Source: an uncultured Chloroflexia bacterium (GTDB lineage Bacteria > Chloroflexota > Limnocylindria > Limnocylindrales > CSP1-4). Taken from it: a stretch of DNA of 64,000 nt. Positions 20,145 to 30,061 of the stretch are shown one piece after another. Position numbers and translations under genes: made by a program. The notes under the pieces were generated by a model. It had not been told where the DNA came from. It did not search any database and saw nothing but the letters and a program-made list of their open reading frames with translations. Within the stretch, counting starts at the first letter, position 1, and each line of letters starts with the position of its first letter. The stretch spans positions 410,904-474,903 of the forward strand of contig CAVWSU010000013.1 in the NCBI GenBank assembly GCA_963757865.1, given 5' to 3'.

Positions 20145-20566
20145 CCGAACGCGCCGTCACCACCGACCGCACACCACCCCCGCCGGCCCGTCGCCGGGGC
20201 ATCATGGCGTGGGTCGACGTCCGTGGCCGCCGGCTGGGAGGCTGGGCGTTCATCCTCAACCGGGTGACCGGCCTTGGCGTCCTCTTCTACCTGTACCTGC
20301 ACCTCGTGATCCTCTCTCAGCTCGCCGTCGGGCCGTCCGCGTGGGACTCGCTCCTGAAGAACTGGTTCCTGAACCCGGTCTTCCTCGTGATGGACGTCGT
20401 CCTGCTCGCGGGCCTCCTGATCCACGGACTGAACGGCATCAGGCTCACGCTGGTGGGGTTCGGCCTGGTCGTGGATCGCCAGCGGGCCATGCTGCTTGCG
20501 CTCGGGACGATCGGCGCGATCGTGCTGGTGATCGGCGTGCTGATGTTCATCAGCCACGGGGGTTGA
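20141..20566 (+). CDS. SdhC-like cytochrome b membrane subunit
   Basis: NRVTG..YLYLHL..IHGLNGIR, 3 hydrophobic helices, ATGA overlap. Confidence 0.87.
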   Translation: MTERAVTTDRTPPPPARRRGIMAWVDVRGRRLGGWAFILNRVTGLGVLFYLYLHLVILSQLAVGPSAWDSLLKNWFLNPVFLVMDVVLLAGLLIHGLNGIRLTLVGFGLVVDRQRAMLLALGTIGAIVLVIGVLMFISHGG

Positions 20567-20570
20567 GGGC

Positions 20571-20996
20571 ATGACAGGAAGGACGAACGAGCGACCCGGG
20601 GCGCTGGCACGACCACCCGAGCTCCCCGAGCGCTGGGCTCCCGAGGAACACGACACGCTGCCGGGCGTGGGCTGGGGCTGGCAGGCGATCACCGGCGCCC
20701 TCGTGCTGGTGCTCGTGACCCTGCACATGATCGCCAACCACTTCGTGGTCCAGGGTGGGCTGCGCGACTACCAGCAGGTCATCGACTACATCACCAACCC
20801 CGTCATCCTGCCGCTCGAGACGCTGTTCCTGGTGGTCGTGAGCTGGCACGGACTGCTCGGCCTGCGCGCGGTCATCTTCGATTTCGGCCTCAGCACGCGC
20901 GCCGAGCGCATCGTCACCCGGGCCTTCGTGATCGTCTGGCTCGTCACGATCGTCTACGGGGCGGCCCTGCTGGCCATCCTCGTCACCCGCCGGTGA
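20571..20996 (+). CDS. SdhD-like membrane anchor subunit
   Basis: WQAITG..LHM..WHGLLGLRAVIFD, 3 hydrophobic helices. Confidence 0.85.
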   Translation: MTGRTNERPGALARPPELPERWAPEEHDTLPGVGWGWQAITGALVLVLVTLHMIANHFVVQGGLRDYQQVIDYITNPVILPLETLFLVVVSWHGLLGLRAVIFDFGLSTRAERIVTRAFVIVWLVTIVYGAALLAILVTRR

Positions 20997-21089
20997 CGCG
21001 TCACCGGCCGGCGATGGATCACGCGGCGGTGATTGGTTACATGCCCGTGACAGGTCACCCGCCGGTGATGGGTCACGAGGCGGCGAGGG
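20982..21089. repeat. 6 x 18-bp degenerate tandem repeat with TCAC-N6-GTGA palindromic core
   Basis: Units at 20982, 21000, 21018, 21036, 21054 and 21072, e.g. gtcacccgccggtgacgc and gtcacccgccggtgatgg. Confidence 0.75.
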
Positions 21090-21102
21090 CGGAGACCGCG
21101 GC

Positions 21103-21552
21103 GTGACGGAGGGCACGGGGCCGGCCGGACACCGCCCGCTCGTCGGGATCGTCGTCGCGTCGCATTCCGCCGCTGTGGCCGACGGGATCGTGGAGATGGC
21201 CCTGCAGATGGCTCGCGAGCAGGCGCCCGACGTCCGCGTGGTCGCGGCGGGAGGCACGCAGGACGGGTCCCTCGGCGAGGACCCGGTCCGGATCGCCGCC
21301 GCGATCGAGGAAGCCGACGCGGGCGCCGGCGTGGTCGTCGTCGTCGATTTCAACGGCGCCGTCCATGCGGCGCGATTCGCGCTGGAGAGCCTTGTCGATC
21401 CGTCGCTCGCCGCACGGGTGCGCATCAGCGGCGGTCCCCTCGTCGAGGGTGCCGTGTTCGCGGCCGTCCAGGCGAGCATCGGGGACGGCCTCGATGCCGT
21501 GCTCGCGACCGCCGAGGCGTCGTCCGCATTCGACAAGCACGTCGCGGACTGA
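21103..21552 (+). CDS. DhaM-type PTS EIIA(Man)-fold phosphotransferase, paralogue 2
   Basis: VGIVVASHS, AAGGTQDGSLG, VVDFNGA, PLVEGA. Confidence 0.87.
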   Translation: MTEGTGPAGHRPLVGIVVASHSAAVADGIVEMALQMAREQAPDVRVVAAGGTQDGSLGEDPVRIAAAIEEADAGAGVVVVVDFNGAVHAARFALESLVDPSLAARVRISGGPLVEGAVFAAVQASIGDGLDAVLATAEASSAFDKHVAD

Positions 21553-21566
21553 GCCGCCAGCGTCCC

Positions 21567-22625
21567 ATGCGAGTGGCGGTGATCGGCGCGGGCGCCGTCG
21601 GCTCGGTGCTGGCGGGGTGCCTCGCGGAGGCGGGGCACGGCGTGGTCCTCGTTGCGCGATCAGGTCCTGCGGTTCCGGAGCGCGGCCCGCTCGAGCTGGA
21701 CGGCCCGGGCGACCGGCGCCGCGTCGTGCCGGTCGAGCGCCTCTCCGCCTCCGGCACGCTCCCCGACGACCTCGACGTGGCGGTGCTGGCGGTGAAGCGC
21801 TTCGACCTGCCCGCCGCGCTCGGCGTGCTCGACGGGCGTCCGCTCCTCCCGGCCGTGACGGTCCAGAACGGGATCGGCGCCGAGGAGCAGGTGTCGGCGA
21901 TCCGCGTCGGGAGCCCGCTGATCGCCGCCTCGCTCACGGCCGCGGTCGAAGTCGGACCGGCGGGCGAGGCGCGCTGGCTCAACCGTGGCGGCATCGGCCT
22001 GGCACCTGTCGGGACCGGGACCGGGGCCGGCCTGGCCCCTCCCGTGGACGTGGCTCGCGCACTTGCCGACGCGTTCCGGACCGGCGGCATGCGAGCCGCG
22101 GTGTTCCCCGACGCAGGGGCCATGAAGTGGTCGAAGCTGATCGCGAACCTGGTCGGCAACGCCACGAGTGCCCTGCTCGATCTGGACGTCGGCGCCATCT
22201 ACGCGGACTCCGCGCTGTTCGAGGTCGAGCGTCGCCAGGAGCTGGAGGCGCTGGCGGTGATGAGCGGCCTCGGGCTGCGGCCCCGCGCGCTCCCGGGCGC
22301 GGACGTCCGGCTCCTGGTCCGTGCCTTCCGCGCGCCTGCACCCATCGCCCGGCCGATCCTGTCCAGGATCCTCGGCGGGGCCCGCGGAGGGAAGATGCCG
22401 TCGCTGCGGCTCGCGCTTGCCGCGGGCCCGGGACCCACCGAGGTCGTGTGGCTCAACGGCGCCGTGGCCGCCACAGGCGAGCGCGTCGGCGTTCCCGCTC
22501 CCGTCAATGCGGGGCTCCGGCGACTGGTGGAGGACGCGGCGAGCGACCCCGACAGGCGAACCTGGTTCCGCGGCCGCCCGGACCGGCTCCTGGCCGAGCT
22601 CGCCGGCGCGGCGCCTGCCGGCTGA
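21567..22625 (+). CDS. Ketopantoate reductase (PanE/ApbA) family oxidoreductase
   Basis: GAGAVG Rossmann motif, AVK, QNGIG, KWSKLIAN, TEVVWLNGAV. Confidence 0.82.
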   Translation: MRVAVIGAGAVGSVLAGCLAEAGHGVVLVARSGPAVPERGPLELDGPGDRRRVVPVERLSASGTLPDDLDVAVLAVKRFDLPAALGVLDGRPLLPAVTVQNGIGAEEQVSAIRVGSPLIAASLTAAVEVGPAGEARWLNRGGIGLAPVGTGTGAGLAPPVDVARALADAFRTGGMRAAVFPDAGAMKWSKLIANLVGNATSALLDLDVGAIYADSALFEVERRQELEALAVMSGLGLRPRALPGADVRLLVRAFRAPAPIARPILSRILGGARGGKMPSLRLALAAGPGPTEVVWLNGAVAATGERVGVPAPVNAGLRRLVEDAASDPDRRTWFRGRPDRLLAELAGAAPAG

Positions 22626-22657
22626 GTCCGGGGGGCGCGACCGTATACTCCGCCGTC

Positions 22658-23287
22658 ATGGATGCCATCACCCTGGTCCGGGACATCGCAATCGTGGTTG
22701 TCGCGTTCCTCATCGGGGGGATCCCGTGGGGCGTGATCGTGGCGCGGGCCGCCGGCGGCCCGGACCCGCGATCCGTGGGGAGCGGACGGACCGGGGGTGC
22801 GAACGTCGCCCGGGCGCTCGGGTTCCGCCTCGCGGTGCTGTCGGGCTTCCTGGACATCTGCAAGGGCATCGCGGCGGTGCTGCTCGCGCGAGTGCTGGGG
22901 GCAGGAGCCGTGGTCGAGGTCCTTGCCGCGCTGGCCGCGATCGTGGGACACAGCCGGTCGCCGTTCCTCGGCATGCAGGGTGGGCGTGGCGTATCCGCCG
23001 GGTTCGGCGGTCTGATCGTGATCCAGCCGATCATCGCCGTGCTGATCATCCCGGTGTTCGCGGTCGTCTTCCTGGCCAGCCGCTACTCCTCGCTCGCGTC
23101 GCTCACCGGGTCCGCGGCCGCGGGCGTCGGCCTCGCGGCCCTCGCCGCGATCGGCGGCCAGCCGCCCGTGTACTACCTCTATGCCATCGGGGGGCCGCTC
23201 CTGATCTGGCTGTTCCACAGCGACAACATCGCCCGGCTCGTGGCGGGGACGGAACGCCGCTTCGGCTCGCGGCCCGGGGCGCACTGA
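22658..23287 (+). CDS. plsY: Acyl-phosphate:glycerol-3-phosphate acyltransferase
   Basis: GGIPWG, DPRSVGSGRTGGANVAR, DICKG, GHSRSPF..GGRGV, HSDNIARL..GTE. Confidence 0.9.
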   Translation: MDAITLVRDIAIVVVAFLIGGIPWGVIVARAAGGPDPRSVGSGRTGGANVARALGFRLAVLSGFLDICKGIAAVLLARVLGAGAVVEVLAALAAIVGHSRSPFLGMQGGRGVSAGFGGLIVIQPIIAVLIIPVFAVVFLASRYSSLASLTGSAAAGVGLAALAAIGGQPPVYYLYAIGGPLLIWLFHSDNIARLVAGTERRFGSRPGAH

Positions 23288-23450
23288 GGCCATCCCTCCG
23301 GCACGTCGCGGCCGGACGCTCCCGAGAGTGACGCAGCGTGCGGCAGGCATGCCGGTGCCACGGGCCGTGGCCGCCGCCGTTCGGCGGAGCCGGCACCGGC
23401 GTGCGGCCAGGGCGCCACGGTCCCGGCGTGGCCGGTGCAGAATCACGACC

Positions 23451-25173
23451 ATGCGCACGCTGTCGGGGACGCCCGCGTCGAGCGGGATCGCGCGCGGGCC
23501 CTGGGTCCGCGTCGACGCCCCTCGCGAGCCGGAGGCGCGGTCCATCGCGCCCGGACGAGGCCGGGGCCGAGCGGGAGCGGCTCGCGCTCGCGTGCGAGCG
23601 GGCGGCGGCCGAGCTCGAGTCGATCGCGGCGCGGGTCACCGCCGACGGGCACGCGGACGAGGGGGCCATCTTCGCGGCCCAGGCCCAGATGGCCCGGGAT
23701 CCCGCGCTCGCCTCGCTAGCGGAGCAGTCCATCGACGAGCGCCACGTCGATGCGGTCGGGGCAGTCCTGGAGGCGGGCCGGTCGCTCGCCGAGCAGCTGC
23801 GCGGGCTGGGCGACGAGCTCCTCTCCGCGCGCGCCGCCGACGTGACCGACGTGGCCGCCCGCGTCGCCCGTCGTGCCGCGGGCGTACCCGATCCGGGGCC
23901 GCCGGGCCTGCCCGTCGCGAGCATCGTCGTGGCGGAGGACCTGGCGCCGTCCGTGACCGCCACGCTGCCGCGCGACCGCCTGCTCGGGTTCGCCCTGGAA
24001 TCCGGCTCCGCGACCGCCCACGCCGCGATCCTGGCGCGCGCCTACGGCATTCCCGCCGTCGTCGGCGTTCACGGGCTGCTCGGTGCGCTCGTCCCCGGCA
24101 TCATCGCCGTCGACGGGGACAGCGGCGAGGTGTTCGTCGAGCCCGACGCGGCGACGTCCGCCGACATCGAGCGCCGGGCCGAGCGCGCGCGCCGCGCCAA
24201 TTCTCTGGCGCTGAGCGAGGCGTCCCTGCCGGCGGTGACGCGCGACGGCGTGGAGGTGACGCTGCTCGCGAACATCGGGACGCCCGACGAGGCCTCGCGG
24301 GCCGTCGAGCTCGGGGCTCACGGCGTCGGGCTGTTCCGGACCGAGTTCCTCTTCCTGGAGCGCGCCACCGAGCCGGGGGAGGACGAGCAGGAGGCGGCGT
24401 ACCGGGCCGCCGTGGAGGCATTCTCGCCGCATCCGGTGACGATCCGGCTGCTCGACGTCGGTGGCGACAAGCCGATCCCGTACCTGCCGATGGCGCCGGA
24501 GGCGAACCCGTTCCTCGGCGTGCGTGCGCTGCGCCTCGCGGCCACCCGGCCCGGGCTCTTCCTCACCCAGCTTCGCGCGACGATGCGTGCCGCCGTGGCG
24601 GGCCCCGTGAAGGTCATGGCGCCGATGGTGGCCGACGCGGGTGACGCCGCCACGCTGCTGTCGCTGGCCGCCCGGGCGCGCGCGGAGCTCGAGGCGGGCG
24701 GCATCCCGCACGCGCCCGTCGACCTGGGGGTCATGCTGGAGATTCCGGGGGCGATCCTCGTCGGAGACAGCTACTTCCCGCGCCTCGCGTTCGCGAGCCT
24801 GGGCACGAACGACCTGCTGCAGTACACGCTCGCGGTGGACCGCGGGAACCCGGACCTCGCCCGGTACCAGGATTCGCTGCACCCGGCCCTCCTGCGGCTG
24901 GTCCGTGAAGCGGTCGAGCGCGCCACGCAGGCCGGCATCGAGCTGTCGGTGTGCGGCGAGATGGCAGGTGACCCGGTGGCGGCGCTCGCGCTGGTCGGCC
25001 TGGGGATCCGCAAGCTCAGCATGGCCGCAGGCAGCCTGGCCGCCGTGCGGCGCGCCGTCCGTGGCGTCGACGAGGCTCGGGCGCGCGAGGCGGCCGTGAG
25101 CGCGCTCGACGACCCGTCGGCCGAGGTCGTGCGGGCGCGCTTCCGCGCCCTGCTCGAGGGCGCGACGGCCTGA
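23451..25173 (+). CDS. ptsI: PTS enzyme I, apparent +1 frameshift near 23550 (probable assembly error)
   Basis: N-terminus MRTLSGTPASSGIARG in one frame. The rest is in the next frame: TAHAAILAR (phospho-His), GVGLFRTEFLF, RLLDVGGDK, EANPFLGVRALR, GTNDLLQY, CGEMAG. Confidence 0.9.
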
Positions 25174-25225
25174 CCGCGCGCCCGGTTTCAGACGCGCGCC
25201 TCCGCGCCGTCGACCGCTTCCGGTT

Positions 25226-25525
25226 TCAGGCGGACGCGCCGGCCCCGTCGATCGGTTCGCCCAGCCCGGAGGCGATGGCAGCCTCGAGCCCGGCCACCGC
25301 GTCGGCCTCGTCGGGCCCGTCGGCCGCAATCCGTATGCGATGGCCGCTGGACACGCCCGCAGTCAGGACGAGCAGGAGCGATTTCGCGTCGACCGCCCGT
25401 CCACCACGGTCCAGGTTCTCGAGCGTCACCCGGGACGCGTACCGGGCCGCCGCCTGGACGAAGAGGGTGGCCGGCCGCGCATGGAGCCCGCTTGCGTTGC
25501 GCACGACGATCTCGACGGTCTGCAT
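25226..25525 (-). CDS. ptsH: HPr phosphocarrier protein
   Basis: RNASGLHARPA (His15), VDAKSL (Ser46), ADGPDE. Confidence 0.93.
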   Translation of the reverse strand: MQTVEIVVRNASGLHARPATLFVQAAARYASRVTLENLDRGGRAVDAKSLLLVLTAGVSSGHRIRIAADGPDEADAVAGLEAAIASGLGEPIDGAGASA

Positions 25526-25656
25526 GCCGCGCAGGGTACGCTGCCACGCGGGCCCGCGGGCGACGATGCCGTCGTCGCCGGTGCCGTCGGTGGCCGGTGC
25601 CATCGGGCGCCGGCGCCGTCGGTGGCGGGCGCACGGTGCGGTAGACTGGGCCGGTC

Positions 25657-26211
25657 ATGACGACCCGTGAGGTGAGGGAGCAAGGATCCGTGTCCGCCGA
25701 TGACCTGCGCGCGAGGATCCGCGAGGTCCCGGACTTCCCCAAGCCCGGCATCCTGTTCTACGACATCACGACCCTGCTGAAGGACCGCGAGGCCTTCAAG
25801 GGCGCCATCGACCTTCTCGTCGCACCGTACCGCGACCAGCGCGTCGACATCGTGGTCGGGATGGAGTCGCGGGGCTTCATCTTCAGCGCGCCGATGGCCT
25901 ACACGCTCGAGGTCGGGTTCGTCCCGGTCCGCAAGCTGGGCAAGCTCCCGGCGGAGACCGTGAGCGTGGAATACGCGCTCGAGTACGGCACCAACACCCT
26001 CGAGATCCATCGCGACGCCATCGTGCCCGGACAGCGCGTCCTCATCGTCGACGACCTCCTCGCGACGGGCGGCACCGTCAGCGGCACGATCGACCTCGTG
26101 CGCCGGCTCGGTGGCGAGGTGGTGTCGCTCGCGTTCCTCGTGGAGCTGCGATTCCTGAAGGGCCGGGAGCGCCTCCGCGGGTACGACGTCCACAGCATCG
26201 TCCAGTACTGA
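25657..26211 (+). CDS. apt: Adenine phosphoribosyltransferase
   Basis: PDFPKPGILFYDIT, ESRGF, RKLGKLP, YALEYG, VDDLLATGGT. Confidence 0.97.
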   Translation: MTTREVREQGSVSADDLRARIREVPDFPKPGILFYDITTLLKDREAFKGAIDLLVAPYRDQRVDIVVGMESRGFIFSAPMAYTLEVGFVPVRKLGKLPAETVSVEYALEYGTNTLEIHRDAIVPGQRVLIVDDLLATGGTVSGTIDLVRRLGGEVVSLAFLVELRFLKGRERLRGYDVHSIVQY

Positions 26212-26227
26212 CCGCGAGGCGGCCCGG

Positions 26228-27877
26228 GTGAGCGATCGGGAACGGAGCGGCGCTCCGGACGACCGCGGCCCGGCCGGGCAGGAACCGCTGCCCTGGTCCG
26301 GTTCCGCGCCCGGCGCAACGCCCGACGCGTCCCCGGGTCCGCCGGTGGCCGCACCGATTTCCGGCACGCAGGGTGCCCCGCAGCGGACGCCCGGCGACCC
26401 GCTCGACGTCGACCGCCGGAGCTTCTTCCGGTCGTTCGGCCGTGACGCCGTCCAGGCGGCGGCGCAGCTCGTGGGCGCCGCGACCGCCCTGCAGCGCGGC
26501 TCGCTCGCCGCCACCGGGCAGCTGTTCGGCGGCGGCGCATCGTCGGATCCACTCACGCAGTTGCTGGGGCTCGACGATTCGCCCGCGGTTCCTCCCGTGG
26601 TGCCCTTCCGGAGCCCGTACCGCTACCGCGAGGGCGAGCTGACCCTCGTGGACCAGAGGCGTCTGCCGGACGAGCTGGTCGAGGTGACGTGCCACACCGG
26701 CGCCGAGGTCGCGGCCTGCATCCGGGATCGCCTCGTGCGCGGCGGCCCGGTGCTCGGCCAGGTGGCCGCGTACGGCGTCCTGGTCGCCGCCGAGCGGATG
26801 CGTTCGTCCACGCGGTTCATCCGGGCAGCGACCCTGCACGGCACCATCAACGCCCTCCGCTCGTCCCGGCCGAGTTCACGCCCCATGGAAGCCGCGCTCG
26901 ACCGGATGCTCGCCACGTGGCAGGCGGTGGGGGAGGAGGCGCCCGGCGACGCCGCGGCGGACGCACTGCGCGCGGAGGCGGAGGCGATCGCCGACGAGGC
27001 GATGCTCGACCACGCCGCGCTCGGTCGAGCCGGTGCGGCCGTCCTCCCGATCCCGTTCGAGCGCCACCTCGAGCTCCTCGTGCACGGGCCGGTGGGCGCG
27101 CTGGCCGGGGGAGCGCTTGGCACCGCGCTTGCCATCGTCCAGGAGATCCAGGTGCGGGGCCACGAGGTGCACGCGTGGGTGCCGGAGGGACGTCCCGCCT
27201 TCCAGGGGGCCCGCATCACGGCCTTCGAGCTGGCGCGACTGGACGTCGCCCACACCGTCATCGCCGACGCGGCAGCGGCCGCGATCGTCGCCCGCGGGAG
27301 AGTCGACGCCATCCTGGTCGCCGCGGACCGCATCGCACGCAACGGGGACGTTTCGGCGCCGGTCGGCACATACCCGATCGCGGCGGTCGCGGCCCGCCAC
27401 GGCGTCCCGCTCTACGTCTGCGCCCCGCTGTGCACCGTCGACCTGCGCGTCGGAGACGAGTGGGGCTTCATGGAGGAGGAGCGGCCCGTCGAGGAGCTTG
27501 CCGACGTCAACGGGCGGCGCATCCCGCCGGCGGAGAGCCGAGTGAACAACCCGGTGCTCGACGTCACGCCCGCGGCGCTGGTGCGCGGGTTCGTCACGGA
27601 GCTCGGAGTCCTCGGGGCACCCTTCGAGGAATCGCTCGCGCGCGCGGTCGAGGGGCGCCGGTCGGGCTCGCCACCTGCGCCCGGAGTGGTGCAGGGGAGC
27701 GCTCCGGCAACGGCCGGCGTGGCGGTCTCCGCTGCCCCCGGACACGCGGCCGGAACCAGACCCGATACTGCAGCCGGGACCGGGCCCGACGCTGCGGCCG
27801 CATCCGCCGAGACCGCGCTGCCCGCGGCTCAGCCGGGGACGGTGCAGGCAGAGGACGAGGACGGCTGGGGGCCCTGA
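26228..27877 (+). CDS. MtnA/eIF-2B-family isomerase homologue with degenerate active site and terminal extensions
   Basis: VDQRRLP, VRGGPVLG, SRPS, GTAL, EGRP..QGARITAFEL, ADRIARNGD..GTY, EER..E, DVTP..L..FVTE. Confidence 0.8.
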   Translation: MSDRERSGAPDDRGPAGQEPLPWSGSAPGATPDASPGPPVAAPISGTQGAPQRTPGDPLDVDRRSFFRSFGRDAVQAAAQLVGAATALQRGSLAATGQLFGGGASSDPLTQLLGLDDSPAVPPVVPFRSPYRYREGELTLVDQRRLPDELVEVTCHTGAEVAACIRDRLVRGGPVLGQVAAYGVLVAAERMRSSTRFIRAATLHGTINALRSSRPSSRPMEAALDRMLATWQAVGEEAPGDAAADALRAEAEAIADEAMLDHAALGRAGAAVLPIPFERHLELLVHGPVGALAGGALGTALAIVQEIQVRGHEVHAWVPEGRPAFQGARITAFELARLDVAHTVIADAAAAAIVARGRVDAILVAADRIARNGDVSAPVGTYPIAAVAARHGVPLYVCAPLCTVDLRVGDEWGFMEEERPVEELADVNGRRIPPAESRVNNPVLDVTPAALVRGFVTELGVLGAPFEESLARAVEGRRSGSPPAPGVVQGSAPATAGVAVSAAPGHAAGTRPDTAAGTGPDAAAASAETALPAAQPGTVQAEDEDGWGP

Positions 27878-28743
27878 TGGTGACGCTGGCACGTGCCCGC
27901 TCCGGCGAATCGAGCCTCGCGGTCCGGTTCACGACCGACCGCGATCTCCTGCGCTCGTTCCTCGAGGAGGATCGCCTGTTCGCCGCCTATGCCCTGTGCG
28001 ACCTCGACGATCGCGAGTTCTCGCGCACCCGCTGGGGTGTCGCGTTCGAAGGCCAGGTGCCCAGGTCCCTCGTGCTGGAATACGCGGGGCTCGCGCCACA
28101 GCCCGTGTTCACCATGGGCGAACCCCCCGGCGTCGAAGCCGTGCTCCGTGACCTCATCCGACCCCGCGCCGCCTACGTCGCGATGTCGTACCCGGTGCTC
28201 CCGGCCGTCGAGCGGCTCTACCGGGTCGAGCCCGGACCCGAGATGATCCGCATGGCGGTGGATCGGGCGACGTTCCAGCCTTATCCCGGGCTGGCCGCGC
28301 GGCTCGTCCCCGGGGAGATCGGCGACCTCAACCGGCTCTACGACCTCGGGTTCACGGCCTGGCTGCCGTCGTCGGCGATCGCAGAGGGCGTGTACTACGG
28401 CGTCCGAGTCCACGGCACGCTTGTTGCGGCGGCCGGCACGCACGTGGTCAGCCGCGAGGCCCGGCTCGCCGTGGTCGGGAACGTGCTGACGCACCGCGAC
28501 CATCGCGGGAGGGGCTTCGCGAAGATCACGACGAGCGCCGTCACGCAGGAACTGCTGCGGATCTGCGATGAGGTCGTCCTCAACGTACGCGCCGACAATA
28601 CGCCCGCGGTCGCGGCATACCGTACCCTTGGCTATCGCGAGCACTGCCGCTTCGCCGAGCGGCTGGCCCATCGGCGCGCGAGCACGCTCGATGGCATCAT
28701 GGCGCCGATACGGCGCCTGTTCCCCGCCCGGAAAGAGTCCTGA
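27877..28743 (+). CDS. GNAT (FR47-like) acetyltransferase
   Basis: VGNVLTHRDHRGRGFA and NTPAVAAYRTLGY. TGATG overlap. Confidence 0.85.
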   Translation: MVTLARARSGESSLAVRFTTDRDLLRSFLEEDRLFAAYALCDLDDREFSRTRWGVAFEGQVPRSLVLEYAGLAPQPVFTMGEPPGVEAVLRDLIRPRAAYVAMSYPVLPAVERLYRVEPGPEMIRMAVDRATFQPYPGLAARLVPGEIGDLNRLYDLGFTAWLPSSAIAEGVYYGVRVHGTLVAAAGTHVVSREARLAVVGNVLTHRDHRGRGFAKITTSAVTQELLRICDEVVLNVRADNTPAVAAYRTLGYREHCRFAERLAHRRASTLDGIMAPIRRLFPARKES

Positions 28744-28773
28744 ACGCTCCCCGCCCGAAGGAGTCCTGCCCCC

Positions 28774-30048
28774 ATGCCCGTGATCCAGCAGCCGGCCCAC
28801 GACGTCGCCGATCTCGCGCTTGCCTCGGAGGGGAGGCGGCGCATCGAGTGGGCCGACCGCGAGATGCCCGTCCTCCGACTGATCCGGGAGCGCTTCGCGC
28901 GGGAACGACCTCTCGCCGGCGTCCGGATCGCGGCGTGCCTCCATGTCACGACCGAGACGGCGAACCTGATGCGCACGCTGGCGGCGGGGGGAGCCGACAT
29001 CGCGCTGGCGGCCTCGAACCCGCTCTCGACCAAGGACGACGTCGCGGCGGCGCTGGTCGCGGAGTACGGCGTCTCGACGTTCGCCCGGCATGGCGAGGAT
29101 CGCGACGGCTACTACGGCCACCTCAACGCCGTCGCGGACACGCACCCCGCCGTCACCATGGACGATGGGTGCGATCTCGTCACGCTGCTGCACACCGAGC
29201 GGCCCGGGCAGGTGGCCGAGGTGATGGCAGGCACCGAGGAGACCACGACCGGAGTGATCCGCCTCCGCGCGATGGCCGCCGATGGCGCCCTCGGCTACCC
29301 GGTGGTGGCCGTCAACGAGGCGAAGACGAAGCACCTCTTCGACAACCGCTACGGCACCGGCCAGTCGGCCGTGGACGGCATCCTTCGCGCCACCAACATC
29401 CTCCTCGCCGGACGGCACGTCGTGGTCGTCGGGTACGGCTGGGTCGGACGCGGCATCGCCTCGCGGTTCCGCGGCATGGGCGCCCAGGTCACGGTCTGCG
29501 AGGTGGACCCGATCCCCGCCATCGAGGCGCTCATGGACGGGTTCATGGTGATGCCGATGTCGGAGGCCGCGGCCTGGGGCGAGGTCTTCATCACCGCCAC
29601 GGGCGACCTGCGCGTGATCCGCGAGGAGCATTTCCGCGTCATGCGCGACGGCGCGATCCTCGCCAACGCCGGGCACTTCGACGCAGAGATCGACCTGCCC
29701 GCCCTGCGCCGGCTCGCGGACGGCCGCGTGCGCGAGGTGCGCCACGACGTCGCCGAGTACGACCTGGGGGACCGACGCGTACGCCTCGTGGTCGAGGGGC
29801 GGCTGGTGAACCTGGGAGCCGCCGAAGGCCATCCGGCCGCCGTGATGGACATGAGCTTCGCCAACCAGGCGCTCGGCGTCGAGTACGTGGTCGCGAACCA
29901 CGCTTCGCTCGAACGCACGGTCTATGCCGTGCCCGACGCGATCGACCGCGAGGTCGCGCGGCTGAAGCTCGACGCGCTCGGCATCGGAATCGACGCGCTG
30001 ACGCCCGAACAACGGGCGTACCTCTCGTCCTGGAAGAGCGGCACGTAG
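28774..30048 (+). CDS. ahcY: S-adenosylhomocysteinase
   Basis: [58 protein letters not shown]. Confidence 0.97.
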   Translation: MPVIQQPAHDVADLALASEGRRRIEWADREMPVLRLIRERFARERPLAGVRIAACLHVTTETANLMRTLAAGGADIALAASNPLSTKDDVAAALVAEYGVSTFARHGEDRDGYYGHLNAVADTHPAVTMDDGCDLVTLLHTERPGQVAEVMAGTEETTTGVIRLRAMAADGALGYPVVAVNEAKTKHLFDNRYGTGQSAVDGILRATNILLAGRHVVVVGYGWVGRGIASRFRGMGAQVTVCEVDPIPAIEALMDGFMVMPMSEAAAWGEVFITATGDLRVIREEHFRVMRDGAILANAGHFDAEIDLPALRRLADGRVREVRHDVAEYDLGDRRVRLVVEGRLVNLGAAEGHPAAVMDMSFANQALGVEYVVANHASLERTVYAVPDAIDREVARLKLDALGIGIDALTPEQRAYLSSWKSGT

Positions 30049-30061
30049 GACGCGTGCGGCG

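Noticed and set aside
26410-26445. Tat signal peptide (DRRSFFR) on the MtnA-like protein
   Set aside because: It lies about 60 aa from the annotated start with no clear hydrophobic h-region, and the family is cytoplasmic.
28744-30061. SAM/SAH riboswitch before ahcY or metK
   Set aside because: Intergenic gaps are only 30 and 13 nt, leaving no room for an aptamer.
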